A stretch of DNA of 64,000 bases from Candidatus Bathyarchaeota archaeon (GCA_963815095.1 CAWFFH010000003.1:1376001-1440000); one strand, 5' to 3'; shown: positions 28,430-39,276, numbered from the stretch's first letter. The notes: generated from the sequence alone by a model not told the origin. Numbers and translations are program-made.

Positions 28430-29047
28430 ATGCCAGACTTATTTGACATGATTCGCTCGAGGCGAAGCATTAGAAAATTCCTTCCCCGCCAAGTTCCCAA
28501 AGAGCTTGTCTTGGAGGTTTTGGCGAATGCTGGTTGGGCACCCTCCGCCCACAACGCTCAACCATATGGATTCATCGTTTTAGAAGATGCCCAAATTAAA
28601 CAAGAGTTGGCGGATGCGATGGCTCAAGTTTGGGTTGCAGACCTAGCAAAAGACGGCCAAACCATAGACGCTGATAAACTTCAGGAAAGAGTTGAACGGT
28701 TTGCAAAAGCACCAGTCCTTATCTTGGCATGTATAACAGGAATTGAAGGGCTGCCAAACTATTCTGATGAGCGACGGCGGTCATGCCTTCATGACTTGGC
28801 GGTTCAGAGTTTGGGTGCTGCGATTGAAAACTTGCTTTTGGCAGCGCACGCCAAGAATTTGGGAGCATGTTGGTATTCGTCACCATGCTTCTGTAAAGAG
28901 ACAGTTAGGGAAACATTGGAAATTTCTAATGTGGTGGAGCCGCAGGCGTTTGTCGTTTTGGGTTATCCTGATGAAACTCCAACGGTGCCCAAGAAAAAAT
29001 CGCTTTCTGAATTTTGCTTTGTGGATGCGTGGGGTAGAACGGTTTAG
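28430..29047 (+). CDS. Nitroreductase-family protein (FbiB C-terminal-like)
   Basis: RRSIRKF, WAPSAHNAQP, ENLLLAAH..LGACW, LGYP. Confidence 0.85.
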   Translation: MPDLFDMIRSRRSIRKFLPRQVPKELVLEVLANAGWAPSAHNAQPYGFIVLEDAQIKQELADAMAQVWVADLAKDGQTIDADKLQERVERFAKAPVLILACITGIEGLPNYSDERRRSCLHDLAVQSLGAAIENLLLAAHAKNLGACWYSSPCFCKETVRETLEISNVVEPQAFVVLGYPDETPTVPKKKSLSEFCFVDAWGRTV

Positions 29048-29385
29048 GATTTTATCATAGTTAGGAGCATTTTGAACCTTGTTTTAGCCGATAGGGCATG
29101 CGGTTGGTTTGCTGGCAGGATGGTCATTTCGCCCTGCTTGAGACTAACTGGTTTGCCTGATATGGTGACTTGCACTTCACCTTCAAGCACATATACCATT
29201 GCGTCGTAGGGTGCCGTGTGTTCGCTTAAGCCTTGATTATCATCAAACGCAAACAATGTCACGGTTCCAGTTTTCTTGTCAATTAGGGTTCGACTAACCA
29301 CTGAGCCTTTCTGATAATCAATTAAGGCCAACAGGTTAGATGATTTAGCTTGAAGCTCATGATTTTTGTTTGACATAATAACCAC
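29044..29385 (-). CDS. Cupin domain protein
   Basis: VVSRTL, TLFAFD..QGLSEHTAPYDA, PANQPHAL. Confidence 0.85.
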   Translation of the reverse strand: MVIMSNKNHELQAKSSNLLALIDYQKGSVVSRTLIDKKTGTVTLFAFDDNQGLSEHTAPYDAMVYVLEGEVQVTISGKPVSLKQGEMTILPANQPHALSAKTRFKMLLTMIKS

Positions 29386-29409
29386 TTTATTGTTTGAAGA
29401 CTGAACGAG

Positions 29410-30210
29410 TTATTTCTTTTGTTTTTCTTTTTCCTTATCCCAACTTTTGAGCATTTCACTAATTATTTTGGGTCTTAGCGTGAAAATTTCTTGGGGCTTA
29501 TCAACATAAATGTAAACACTGAAAACTTTGGTAACGCCTGTTGACCCCGTCAACAAGTACTCAGGTTTTCTATGTAAAATGTTTGAATAGGTCTCGAAGA
29601 CTTCATCGAATAGTGTGTTTAATCGCTCTGTTGAGATGCTGTGGTCAAAGCCCATTTCGAAAGTGTAGCAGTAAAGGCTGCCGTTTCTTGTGCTTTCGTA
29701 GACATAGTTGGTGATGTCGCGATCCAAAATTTGAAGGTTGCTTATTGAAATGACGTTGTTGTCTGAGGTCAAAATTTTTGTGTAATTCATGGTTATTTCT
29801 TGGACTAAACCTTCATCCGTGCCAATTTTGACGTACTCACCTACTTTAAAGGGTCTAGCGGCTAAAAGGAAAAGGCCAGCGATGAAGTTACCGATAGTTT
29901 TTTGTGAAGCAAAACCTATGGCGGCGCCGCCTACAGCGGAAACTGACAACAGCCATTCAGCTTGGACTCCGCCCACACTGCTTATGGCTAATACGGCAAA
30001 GATTAGAATTAGAATTCGGAAAGTTAAGACAAGGTTGTTGCGTGCACTTGGTTCGAGTCTAATGCGTTTGGCAAAACCTGTTAGGTAACGGCTAAGTAAT
30101 CTTTCCAAGGTAACTGCTACTATGGCAATAACAATGATGTCGAATATAGTGGAAAGGGGAATTTGGACTCCGAAGATGTCAGCCAAGCCAAACCGCTCGT
30201 TTACTGCCAA
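29410..30210 (-). CDS. mscS: MscS-family mechanosensitive channel
   Basis: AIGFASQKTIGNFIAG, RPFKVGEYV. Confidence 0.85.
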   Translation of the reverse strand: MAVNERFGLADIFGVQIPLSTIFDIIVIAIVAVTLERLLSRYLTGFAKRIRLEPSARNNLVLTFRILILIFAVLAISSVGGVQAEWLLSVSAVGGAAIGFASQKTIGNFIAGLFLLAARPFKVGEYVKIGTDEGLVQEITMNYTKILTSDNNVISISNLQILDRDITNYVYESTRNGSLYCYTFEMGFDHSISTERLNTLFDEVFETYSNILHRKPEYLLTGSTGVTKVFSVYIYVDKPQEIFTLRPKIISEMLKSWDKEKEKQKK

Positions 30211-30259
30211 CTTGCAATAAGTCGTCTATAACTCTTTCGCGAAGAAACCCAGCAGGCGA

Positions 30260-30664
30260 CTATTCCTCTTTTTTGTCAGGAATAAAATCCATCGACATCG
30301 AATTAACACAATGCCGCGTATCTTTTTCCGTCAAGTGCTCGCCAGTAAAGACGTGGCCGAGGTGGGCACCACAGTTAACGCACTGGATTTCTGTTCGCCT
30401 ACCATCAGGGTCTGGCAAACGTTTTACAGCTCCTGGGATTTCATCATCAAAGCTTGGCCAACCACAATCTGATTCAAACTTATTTTCTGAACGGTAAAGT
30501 TTTGCGCCGCAGCGTTTGCAGACATAAGTGCCTTTATCCCAAAAAGCGTAGTATTTGCCTGTGAAGGGCATTTCTGTTCCTTTGTTTACGATGACTTGTT
30601 CTTCTTCAGGGTTAAGTTTCTTAAAATTGGTTTGGGGTTGAGAAGCAGACAATAAAAACACCAT
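30260..30664 (-). CDS. msrB: Methionine-R-sulfoxide reductase
   Basis: GTEMPF, CKRC, GWPSF, RTEIQC..CGAHLGHVF, RHCVNS. Confidence 0.93.
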   Translation of the reverse strand: MVFLLSASQPQTNFKKLNPEEEQVIVNKGTEMPFTGKYYAFWDKGTYVCKRCGAKLYRSENKFESDCGWPSFDDEIPGAVKRLPDPDGRRTEIQCVNCGAHLGHVFTGEHLTEKDTRHCVNSMSMDFIPDKKEE

Positions 30665-30788
30665 TATAGACTATGATTTGGAAAGTAAAAAACCATTCTG
30701 CTTTCACTGAGGCACTATTATGTTGAGAGCTCGGAGGGCAAGCAAACAGGAATAAATATATTTAAAACGATTCATTTGTGACGTTCAG

Positions 30789-31799
30789 TTGGTTACATTG
30801 GATAGAATTGCAAAGGCGGCTTTAGTGGCAGTGGTGTTTGTGGTTATCTTGGCTTTAGCTTTGGCTGCAACGATTATTTCTTTACCAGAGCAATCCTATC
30901 GACATGGCGAAGGTTATGTAGACCCAGCAAGCGGAATTCACATAACCCCTAACGGATACATTACGGGTTCCTCAGACTCTTCAAGCACAATTATTCGACA
31001 TGATGGAAACGTCTACACGCTTACAGGCAACACGACAAACATGGTTACAATCGAAAAAAGCAACATAGTATTCGATGGCAGGGGCTTCTCGTTTATTGGA
31101 CCGCAGGGTTTAAGGCTAGCAGAAGTTTCCAATGTTACCGTAAAAGATCTAAACATTGAAACACATTATCTTCGCATCATATTGGATAAAACAAAAAACA
31201 GCTTAGTGCAAAACGTTTCCTCTAACTATGAGTTTATCCTTTCCCAGTCAGAAAACAATTTAATTTTTAATTGTTCGGGCGTTGTAAGGCTGGAGAACTC
31301 CAACTTCAACACAATCAAAAACTGTGCAACTGGAGAAATATCGCTCAAACAATCAAACGGCAACTCTCTTCTCTATAATACACTTTGGACTCGGGGTCCA
31401 AGCTTAGGATTCTGGCAATCCTCTAATAACTTGGTTTTCGGCAACACCTTTGAGAAGTTCTGGTCATGGATAGGCATGGGTGGCGGTTCCACTAACAACA
31501 AGATTGTTGCAAACAACGTTTGGGCAGGGCAAATCTACCTTGTAGACAAGTTAGAAGGAACTAACTATATCTATCATAACAACTTCTGGAATTTCCATTG
31601 GAACCAATCCGCTACTACTAACTCAGCCAACGTATGGAGCGATAACATGCAGGGTAACTACTGGGGGAGCCCCTGGGGTTCAGACGCTAACCATGACGGC
31701 ATCGGTGACTCACCCTACATCATCGACAGAACAAACAGAGACAACTACCCTTTGATGGCTCCAGTGAACATCGCCGATGAGCCAATTCCTTCCCTCTAA
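30789..31799 (+). CDS. NosD-like beta-helix membrane-anchored protein
   Basis: N-terminal TM, IEKSNIVFDGRG, YHNNF, GNYWG..DGIGDSPY..DNYPLMAP. Confidence 0.8.
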   Translation: MVTLDRIAKAALVAVVFVVILALALAATIISLPEQSYRHGEGYVDPASGIHITPNGYITGSSDSSSTIIRHDGNVYTLTGNTTNMVTIEKSNIVFDGRGFSFIGPQGLRLAEVSNVTVKDLNIETHYLRIILDKTKNSLVQNVSSNYEFILSQSENNLIFNCSGVVRLENSNFNTIKNCATGEISLKQSNGNSLLYNTLWTRGPSLGFWQSSNNLVFGNTFEKFWSWIGMGGGSTNNKIVANNVWAGQIYLVDKLEGTNYIYHNNFWNFHWNQSATTNSANVWSDNMQGNYWGSPWGSDANHDGIGDSPYIIDRTNRDNYPLMAPVNIADEPIPSL

Positions 31800-31848
31800 A
31801 AAACAGATATAAAGAAGCGCTTGGTATTTACTACCTGAAGGTTTTTGT

Positions 31849-32130
31849 ATGGTTGAAATTACAAAGTTATTTTGGAAACCAGCTTTGACTTCCGACGGTT
31901 TTATGCTAGGTGAAGTGCAGAGCGCCGAACTGGACATGAGCAATTGGCAAATAATCAATTTATTTGTCTCTTTAAGTGAGGAAGCATCCCAAAAAATGGG
32001 GTTTAAACATCCTTACCTTGGCAAAGTTATGGTTTGCTTACCTGTATCTACAGTTGAATCCGTCACGGATAAGGTAGTTTTGAACAAAACCATCGAGGAA
32101 TTGCGCACTCTCAGGCAATGCCGAGAATAA
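31849..32130 (+). CDS. PRC-barrel protein
   Basis: TSDGFMLGEV..D..WQI, LPVSTVESVTDKVVL. Confidence 0.75.
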   Translation: MVEITKLFWKPALTSDGFMLGEVQSAELDMSNWQIINLFVSLSEEASQKMGFKHPYLGKVMVCLPVSTVESVTDKVVLNKTIEELRTLRQCRE

Positions 32131-32383
32131 TTTTTTCTTTTTTATTGTTTTAATTTTTATCTCGCCATCTAAGGTGCAACGAAAGGGCGGCACCGAATAA
32201 TGTTACTAAGGCAATTTCTGATGAGACATAAACAACAGCTTTTTTGGGTAAATCGCGACTTGTTTTTCCATTAAAAACAGGGAAAAATCCATCAAGGTTT
32301 GGCTGAAACTTTATTAGTGGATATGGGCTTTTCTGAATCTAGCACTTGTGTGCTATCTAAATTAACTGTCAAGGTTAAACCAT

Positions 32384-32944
32384 ATGACTGAGGCAGCAAC
32401 TCCTACCCAAAATAGGGAACAGCCCATAAAAGCTTCCGAGTTAGACCCAAAGTTCAAGTATGAACTGGTCAAAATACATGGAAGCGAAAAAATTCTAAAA
32501 TGTTTCCAGTGCGGAACATGCACCTCAGACTGCCCAGTAGCAAGATTCAGCGATTCTTACAGACCACGCACCCTAATTCATATGGCACAATTGGGTTTAA
32601 AAGACCGCGTTTTAAACAGCGACACACTTTGGCTCTGCGCAGCATGCTTCACCTGCACTGACCGATGCCCACAAGACGTCGAAGTCGCAGCAGTCATTCG
32701 TGTCTTCCGCAATTTAGCAGCAGAAAAAGGCTGTTTCCCACAAGTCTTCAAAGACCAAGCTCAAAGCCTACTTGAGACAGGCTACGCCTTCAAAATTCCT
32801 GAACTTCGAGTAAAAAAACGTGAATCCCAAGGACTCCCACCACTTCCCAAAGGTAACCCCGAAAAAGTCTGCAAAACCCTCAAGGGCGTAAAATTCTTCG
32901 AGAAAATCCAAAAACCCGCAGGAGATAAACCAAGTGGGCAATAA
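32384..32944 (+). CDS. hdrC: Heterodisulfide reductase subunit C
   Basis: CFQCGTCTSDCP and WLCAACFTCTDRCP. Confidence 0.9.
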   Translation: MTEAATPTQNREQPIKASELDPKFKYELVKIHGSEKILKCFQCGTCTSDCPVARFSDSYRPRTLIHMAQLGLKDRVLNSDTLWLCAACFTCTDRCPQDVEVAAVIRVFRNLAAEKGCFPQVFKDQAQSLLETGYAFKIPELRVKKRESQGLPPLPKGNPEKVCKTLKGVKFFEKIQKPAGDKPSGQ

Positions 32945-33827
32945 ATATCTAATTTTCCTTGGATGCGCTATTCCATACCGTGTTTCATCTTATGAGATTT
33001 CTGCACGCAAAATCTTAGCTAAGCTCGATATTGAGCTTGTTGAGATGCCTGAGTTTAATTGTTGTGGTTTGCCCTTGGATCCAGTGAGTCATGAAACGAT
33101 GCTTATTTTGGCGGCGAAAAATTTGGCTTTAGCTGAACAGCAAGGGCTAAACATCTTAACATTGTGTCCGGGTTGCGCTGGGACGTTAAAGAAAGTTAAC
33201 AAAATTCTCAAAGCTGATAAAGTCCAGAGAGAGGAAATTAACTCCCATCTCAAAGAGGTTGGGTTGGAATTCAAGGGAACCATCGAAACTAAACACCTGC
33301 TCCAGCTCCTCAAGGAAGATGTTGGCTTAGAAAAAATTAAAGCTTCAGTTGTAAAACCACTTACAAACCTTAAAGTTGCCGAACACAACGGTTGCCACAT
33401 TCTAAGGCCCAAAGAATACATCGAATTTGACGACCCCGAAGACCCCCAAACCCTAAAAGCTCTCATCGAAGCCACAGGAGCCACTTGCCTCGATTACATC
33501 GACGAAACCGAATGCTGCGGTGCACCGAGCGTGGGAGTTAGCGACAAAGTCGCGTTGGCATTGGCAAGAGACAAACTAAACCACATAAAACAAGTAGAAG
33601 CCCAAGCCTTAATCACAATTTGTCCCTTCTGCCACATAATGTATGATACAAACGAGTTGCGTATAGAAAAAATGTTTAATGAGGCCTATGGTATTCCAAT
33701 CCTCCATTATCCTCAATTGTTGGGGTTAGCTATGGGCATGTGTCCTGAAGAGTTAGCCTTCAACGAACTTCGAGTAAATGCATCAAATCTATTAAAACAA
33801 ATAAGCCAAGGTGCAAACAAACCATGA
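32934..33827 (+). CDS. hdrB: Heterodisulfide reductase subunit B
   Basis: FLGC, two CCG motifs, CPGC, HNGCH, CPFCH, HYPQLLGLA. Confidence 0.92.
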   Translation: MGNKYLIFLGCAIPYRVSSYEISARKILAKLDIELVEMPEFNCCGLPLDPVSHETMLILAAKNLALAEQQGLNILTLCPGCAGTLKKVNKILKADKVQREEINSHLKEVGLEFKGTIETKHLLQLLKEDVGLEKIKASVVKPLTNLKVAEHNGCHILRPKEYIEFDDPEDPQTLKALIEATGATCLDYIDETECCGAPSVGVSDKVALALARDKLNHIKQVEAQALITICPFCHIMYDTNELRIEKMFNEAYGIPILHYPQLLGLAMGMCPEELAFNELRVNASNLLKQISQGANKP

Positions 33828-34813
33828 GTCAAAACAAACTAAAAATAGCCTTTTACTGGGCTGCAAGCTGTGGCGGCTGCGAAATAGCTGTCTTAGACTT
33901 AAATGAAAAAATCCTCGACGTAGTGAAACTCGCTGACATTGTTTTCTGGCCAGTTGCCATCGACGTCAAATATAAAGACGTGGAAGCTCTTCCAGACAAA
34001 CACATTGACATAACCTTTTTCAATGGTTCCATCCGCAACAGCGAACAGGAACATATGGCAAAAGTGCTCAGAGCAAAATCCAAAACTTTAGTTGCTTTTG
34101 GCTCATGTGCTCACGAAGGATGCGTTCCAGGCTTAGCAAACCTCAACGACAAAAAAGAAATTTTTGAACAAGTCTACATAAAAGACAAATCAAACGTTAA
34201 CCCACAATCAACTATACCAAAAACTCAGTCACAGGTCAAAGAAGGCACTCTCAAAATCCCAGAATTCTACGACACCGTAAAAACACTCGCCCAAACCGTC
34301 GACGTAGACTATTACCTCCCAGGTTGCCCACCCCCAGTCAAACTAATCGCTGGCGCAGTCGATGCAATTGCGAGTGGCAAGCTACCACCCAAAGGTTCCG
34401 TACTCGCCCCACTCAAAGCGGTATGTGATGAATGCCCCCGAAAACGTGACAACAAAAAGATCGACAAAATCTACCGCGTTTATGAGAAAGTTCCCGAACC
34501 AGAAAAATGCCTGATGGAACAAGGCATAATTTGCATGGGTATGGCAACAAGGAGCGGTTGTGGGGCACAATGTCTCAAAGTTGATATGCCCTGTACTGGT
34601 TGCGGTGGAAAAGCGCCAAATGTGCCCGAGCAAGGTGCAGCTATGATAACTGCGTTAGCTTCGATTCTTGGATACGATGGCGTTGAAGGCAAAACAAAGT
34701 ACACAGAAAAAGAGATTGAAGAATTAATGAATCAAGTCAAAGACCCTGTTGGCACAGTATACATGTACAGTCTTCCAACATCAATTTTAAAACGTAAGGT
34801 GATTAAGAAATGA
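33824..34813 (+). CDS. mvhG: Group 3c [NiFe]-hydrogenase small subunit
   Basis: SCGGCE, GSCA..G, PGCPP, CDECP, CMG..TRSGCGAQC..PCTGC. Confidence 0.88.
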   Translation: MSQNKLKIAFYWAASCGGCEIAVLDLNEKILDVVKLADIVFWPVAIDVKYKDVEALPDKHIDITFFNGSIRNSEQEHMAKVLRAKSKTLVAFGSCAHEGCVPGLANLNDKKEIFEQVYIKDKSNVNPQSTIPKTQSQVKEGTLKIPEFYDTVKTLAQTVDVDYYLPGCPPPVKLIAGAVDAIASGKLPPKGSVLAPLKAVCDECPRKRDNKKIDKIYRVYEKVPEPEKCLMEQGIICMGMATRSGCGAQCLKVDMPCTGCGGKAPNVPEQGAAMITALASILGYDGVEGKTKYTEKEIEELMNQVKDPVGTVYMYSLPTSILKRKVIKK

Positions 34814-36261
34814 AAGAAATAGTAATAGACCCAATCACTCGCCTTGAAGGACACGGAAACGTATCCATATTCCTAAACGACCAAGGCGAAGTAGCAAACG
34901 CATACCTCAAGATTCCTGAACTGCGTGGCTTTGAGAAATTCTGCATTGGCAGAAGAGCCGAACTCATGCCGCAGTTAACCACCAGAATCTGCGGTGTTTG
35001 CCCCGTTGCCCACCATTTTGCGGCGGTGAAAGCTTTAGACCAAGCCTTCAACGTTGAAGTGCCGTCAGCAGCAGCGAAACTGCGCGAACTCATGTACAAC
35101 GCCTACTTCATCTACGACCACACCCTACACTTCTACTATCTCGGCGGACCAGACTTCATCGTTGGACCCGACGCACCAGCAGAAAAACGCAACATCCTAG
35201 GCGTCATCGAAAAAGTTGGCATGCCCATAGCTTCCGAAGTCATAAAACACCGTGCATACGGACAGAAAATAACTGAAATCATCGGCGGAAAAGCAACCCA
35301 CCCGGTCTGCGGTTTACCTGGAGGAATTTCCAAGCCACTTAGCGAAGAGAACAGACAAGAAATCGAGAAAATGGCTGCTTCCTGCGTAGACTTCGCAAAG
35401 TTCACAATAAAAATCTTCCACGACATAGTCTTAGGTAACCCCAAATACGTTGACATGATAACAAGCGAAGCCTACACGATGCCAACATACTACATGGGCA
35501 CGGTTGATAAAAACAACAAAGTTAACTTCTACGACGGCAAAATCCGCGTTGTAGATCCAACCGGCAGAGAATTCCTCAAGTTCGAATCAAAAGACTACCT
35601 CAAACACATCGGTGAACACGTTGAAGAATGGACATACAGCAAGTTCCCATACCTCAAAGCAATTGGCTGGAAAGGACAAGTTGCAGGCGCAGACAGTGGC
35701 GTATATCGCGTTGGTCCACTTGCAAGATTAAACGCATCAGACGGGATGGCAACACCTCTTGCACAAGCAGAATACGAAGTAATGTACAAGACATTGGGCA
35801 AAAAACCAATCCACAACACACTCGCTTTCCACTGGGCAAGAGTAATTGAACTGCTATACGCAACCGAACGTGCAATGGAACTGGTTAAAGACAAAGAAAT
35901 CACGAGCACAAACATACGAAACAAACCAGGCGAACCCGGCGAAGGTGTAGGTGTCACTGAAGCAGCACGCGGAACCCTAATTCACCACTACACACTCGAC
36001 AAAGACGCACTCGTCAAAGACGTAAACCTCATCGTTGCAACAACCAACAATTACCCAGCAATATGCATGAGCATACGCGATGCAGCAAAAGGCTTAATCC
36101 ACGGCGGCAAAGTCGACCAAGGCATCTTAAACAAAGTTGAAATGGCATTCAGAGCTTACGACCCATGCTTTGGCTGCGCAACACACGCAGTCGGGCAAAT
36201 GCCACTAACTGTTGAAGTTTTCAACGCCCAAAAACAATTAGTTTCCTCTGTTAGCCGTTAA
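34810..36261 (+). CDS. mvhA: Group 3c [NiFe]-hydrogenase large subunit
   Basis: TRLEGH, RGFEKF, RICGVC, EAARGTL, RAYDPCFGCATH plus a cleavable C-terminal extension. Confidence 0.92.
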   Translation: MKEIVIDPITRLEGHGNVSIFLNDQGEVANAYLKIPELRGFEKFCIGRRAELMPQLTTRICGVCPVAHHFAAVKALDQAFNVEVPSAAAKLRELMYNAYFIYDHTLHFYYLGGPDFIVGPDAPAEKRNILGVIEKVGMPIASEVIKHRAYGQKITEIIGGKATHPVCGLPGGISKPLSEENRQEIEKMAASCVDFAKFTIKIFHDIVLGNPKYVDMITSEAYTMPTYYMGTVDKNNKVNFYDGKIRVVDPTGREFLKFESKDYLKHIGEHVEEWTYSKFPYLKAIGWKGQVAGADSGVYRVGPLARLNASDGMATPLAQAEYEVMYKTLGKKPIHNTLAFHWARVIELLYATERAMELVKDKEITSTNIRNKPGEPGEGVGVTEAARGTLIHHYTLDKDALVKDVNLIVATTNNYPAICMSIRDAAKGLIHGGKVDQGILNKVEMAFRAYDPCFGCATHAVGQMPLTVEVFNAQKQLVSSVSR

Positions 36262-36360
36262 GTTAGCCCTTTTTCTCCGGGCAACTCTCAATTTTTCATT
36301 TTTGTTTTTTTAATTCTAAAGTAAATCTTATATTCCATTGCGGTTGAATACACACATGTT

Positions 36361-36846
36361 GTGGGATCACATTTGAAAAGTTTAGTAGTTTATTACACAA
36401 GGGGCGGTAACACTCGTTTCGTTGCCCAAACAATCGCTGCAGAAGTAGGGGCAGACGTTGAGGAAGTTGTTGACCTCAAAAAACGAAGCGGCATTCTTGG
36501 CTACTTGAGCGGTGGTAGAGATGCAAGGAATGGCAAAGAAACCGAAATAGCTCCAACTGTAAAATCACCCGTCGGTTATGACCTTATAATCTTTGGAAGT
36601 CCCATTTGGGCTGGAAGACCTGCTCCTGCAATCACCACATATCTTAAGAAGAATGATGTTTCAGGCAAGAAAGTCGCCATTTTCTTTAGTCAAGGGGGGA
36701 AAAAACCGCAAGGTTTTGAACAATTAAAAGCTCTGATGCCAAAATCGGAATATATTGGTGAACTCTCGATAACTCAACCGTTACGCAAAAAAGAAGAATC
36801 TGAAAAACAAATCTTAGCTTGGTGCAAAACCCTCACCTCAACATAG
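36361..36846 (+). CDS. Flavodoxin
   Basis: VYYTRGGNT, GSPIWAG. Confidence 0.8.
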   Translation: MGSHLKSLVVYYTRGGNTRFVAQTIAAEVGADVEEVVDLKKRSGILGYLSGGRDARNGKETEIAPTVKSPVGYDLIIFGSPIWAGRPAPAITTYLKKNDVSGKKVAIFFSQGGKKPQGFEQLKALMPKSEYIGELSITQPLRKKEESEKQILAWCKTLTST

Positions 36847-36923
36847 AAAACTTTAGGTTATTTTTTTTAGCAAAACCCTAACATTTTAGGGTAAATCTTT
36901 ATGTGCGAACAGATGGTTAGTTA

Positions 36924-37301
36924 TTGTGTAAGCTGATTTACATGCAACCGCAACCACCTAACCCAGAACATAAAAGAATGAAACGCGAAAAGAAAACCAT
37001 CGGGTACATGGTAGAAATTTACTGCAGAAACCACCACGGCGCTCACGGCGAAATATGCCCCGAGTGCAGACAATTCCAAGAATACGCATTCCTCCGACTT
37101 GACAAATGCCCCTTTCAAGACAAAAAAAGCACCTGCGGCAAATGCGTTATCCACTGCTACAAACCTGATATGAAAGAAAAAGTCAGAACCGTTATGCGTT
37201 ACGCTGGGCCACGAATGCTAATCCATCACCCAACCTCGGCGTTACACCACGCTTGGGATGCCCACCGAAAACCACCAGTGCTTGCAAAGAAAGCAACTTA
37301 G
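36924..37301 (+). CDS. YgbA / nitrous-oxide-stimulated-promoter family protein
   Basis: REKKTI..IYC..H, CPEC, CPF..K.TC..C.IHCY, VMRYAGPRM. Confidence 0.85.
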   Translation: MCKLIYMQPQPPNPEHKRMKREKKTIGYMVEIYCRNHHGAHGEICPECRQFQEYAFLRLDKCPFQDKKSTCGKCVIHCYKPDMKEKVRTVMRYAGPRMLIHHPTSALHHAWDAHRKPPVLAKKAT

Positions 37302-37348
37302 CGACAAACTTTTTCAAGCCTCAATCCCTTTTTCAATTGGTGCCCTCA

Positions 37349-37834
37349 ATGATTGGAGACATTAAGGCAGAACTAGAAAAATGGTTTGTTGGCGCAGAAA
37401 AAACTGTAATAGCGGGAATCGGAAATCCCATTCGCCAAGATGACTATGTTGGGCTAAAAATTGTAGAGACCCTGCAGGGCAAGGTCCCAGCAAAGGTTTG
37501 CCTTTTGGAATGCGAGACAGTTCCCGAAAGCTACCTGTTAGATATAGAGCAGTTTAAGCCAACACATGTTCTTTTGATTGATGCTGCATTTTTAGGATTA
37601 AAACCTGGCGCAGCAAGCCTGTTTGAAACTGAAAAAATTGTTGATTATCCCGCAATCACCAGTCATCTGTTGCCTTTGAAGATTTTCTGCGAGTACATTA
37701 AACAAGCTACTGGCGCAAAAATTGGGTTGTTGCTAATTGAACCCAAATCTATGGAGTTTGGTGAAGGCCTAAGTATTGAATTGCAGTCAGCGGCGGATGA
37801 CTTTACAAAGATTTTGCTTTCGCTGCTGGGTTAA
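37349..37834 (+). CDS. hycI: Hydrogenase maturation endopeptidase (HycI-like)
   Basis: GIGNPIRQDD.VG, ETVPE, LIDAA, TSHLLPL; ATG at 37349 chosen as start. Confidence 0.85.
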   Translation: MIGDIKAELEKWFVGAEKTVIAGIGNPIRQDDYVGLKIVETLQGKVPAKVCLLECETVPESYLLDIEQFKPTHVLLIDAAFLGLKPGAASLFETEKIVDYPAITSHLLPLKIFCEYIKQATGAKIGLLLIEPKSMEFGEGLSIELQSAADDFTKILLSLLG

Positions 37835-38169
37835 GGTGTTTTCCTCTTGAAAACGCAGTTTAGCCCGAAGTATTCAAGGATTAAGATCAAAAGTTTTAAG
37901 AAGAGTGCCCCCGCCTTTTTTTATTTGAACCTTCCTTTATCAAGGTAATCGTTTAGAGTCAGTTTAAATTCTTTTCAGGAACTCAAAGGAAAGAAAGCAG
38001 GGGTGAATTAGAACCTTATAACCCGTATCACCCGCATTTCCCCTTTTTCACTTCTAAAGGTAGTATGCTCTTTCAGACTTGCCATATTCTAACTTCTACA
38101 TGGGTAGACTATCGCGCCATTTTTATTGGTCTGGTCTCATTGATTTTAGGAAATGAAAGTTAGTGATAT

Positions 38170-38421
38170 TTACGACTGTGGGGTTCGTCCTTTCAGCGTC
38201 TGCTCGTCGATTTCTTGGAATATGATTTCCTTGATAACATGCTCTGGAAGTGTGACCGAAGTACCTTCTAATTCCGATTTCTTGCTTTTTTCTATTGAGT
38301 AACTTGGCTTAAAGGTTACAAATGAACCCTCGAATTCAACCGAATTTGCGATGTAGATTTTTTCGCCAAGCTTTTCATTCGTAAAAATAAAGTACCCCAA
38401 AAAATGCTTCGATTCTGTCAT
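38170..38421 (-). CDS. Small hypothetical protein
   Basis: 83-aa ORF with ATG in a long intergenic gap. Confidence 0.5.
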   Translation of the reverse strand: MTESKHFLGYFIFTNEKLGEKIYIANSVEFEGSFVTFKPSYSIEKSKKSELEGTSVTLPEHVIKEIIFQEIDEQTLKGRTPQS

Positions 38422-38772
38422 TCAATCCCGCTCTACTTTCTATTACAAGCAATCGCTTATTTACAGATTATTATAGTTCGTTTTTGTTGAGGGTTAAGTA
38501 GGAAAGAAAGAGAGAATGAAAGAATATACGTAAAAATACAAGTTAATAAACGTACGTACGTGGGTTTGGGATTAAATTTTAATGTACACCACATTTTTAC
38601 GCTTCGCAGCTTAGGTTTTTTCAGTAGTCAGTCTAAAATGTAGCCAAAGCGATTACGCACGCTCAATAGAAAAATAATGTACGTCTAAACGCTAAGACAA
38701 ACAGTTCAGAAGACGAATTGAAAAGCTTAACTGCGTTTTTGCCCATTTAGCTTTTAATAGGTATGGGTTACA

Positions 38773-39276
38773 ATGCAATATGAAAATGTAATATTTCCAG
38801 ATTCAGTAGGCTTTCAATGCACGAATTGTGGAGTTTGTTGCAGAGACCAACCACCAGATATCAATTTGAAAGAACAACAACGGATTGAAGCCAAAGGATT
38901 CGTGAATTTCTTGGAAGACCCTAATGACCCTTCTAACAGGAACATTCGCAGAAAGAAAGACGGAAGCTGTTTCTTCTTAACCGAAGAGAACACTTGTAGG
39001 GTTCACGATGTCAAACCGTCAATATGCATTTTGGAGCCATTTATTATTACAGATTACGATGATAAAACAAATAGGATTTTTGTCGGCTTAAACCCGCTTG
39101 CAGTCATAAACTGCAAAGGTATTTGCACCGGAGAAATGATTGTTCCAGAAGAAATAGGAAAAGCTGCCCAAACCATCGTAAAAGAATTTTTAGAAATAGT
39201 CGCGAAGAAAACAGGACTCCCGGTTACAGATAAGAAAGTTTCTTCATTAACAAGGAAACTATTATTACGCTTTTGA
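38773..39276 (+). CDS. YkgJ-family cysteine-cluster protein
   Basis: FQCTNCGVCC, GSCFFL..CRVHDVKPSICILEPF. Confidence 0.82.
   Translation: MQYENVIFPDSVGFQCTNCGVCCRDQPPDINLKEQQRIEAKGFVNFLEDPNDPSNRNIRRKKDGSCFFLTEENTCRVHDVKPSICILEPFIITDYDDKTNRIFVGLNPLAVINCKGICTGEMIVPEEIGKAAQTIVKEFLEIVAKKTGLPVTDKKVSSLTRKLLLRF

Noticed and set aside
38520-38700. acgtacgtacgt palindrome and related TACG motifs in a long intergenic gap
   Set aside because: Too short and irregular to assign a function
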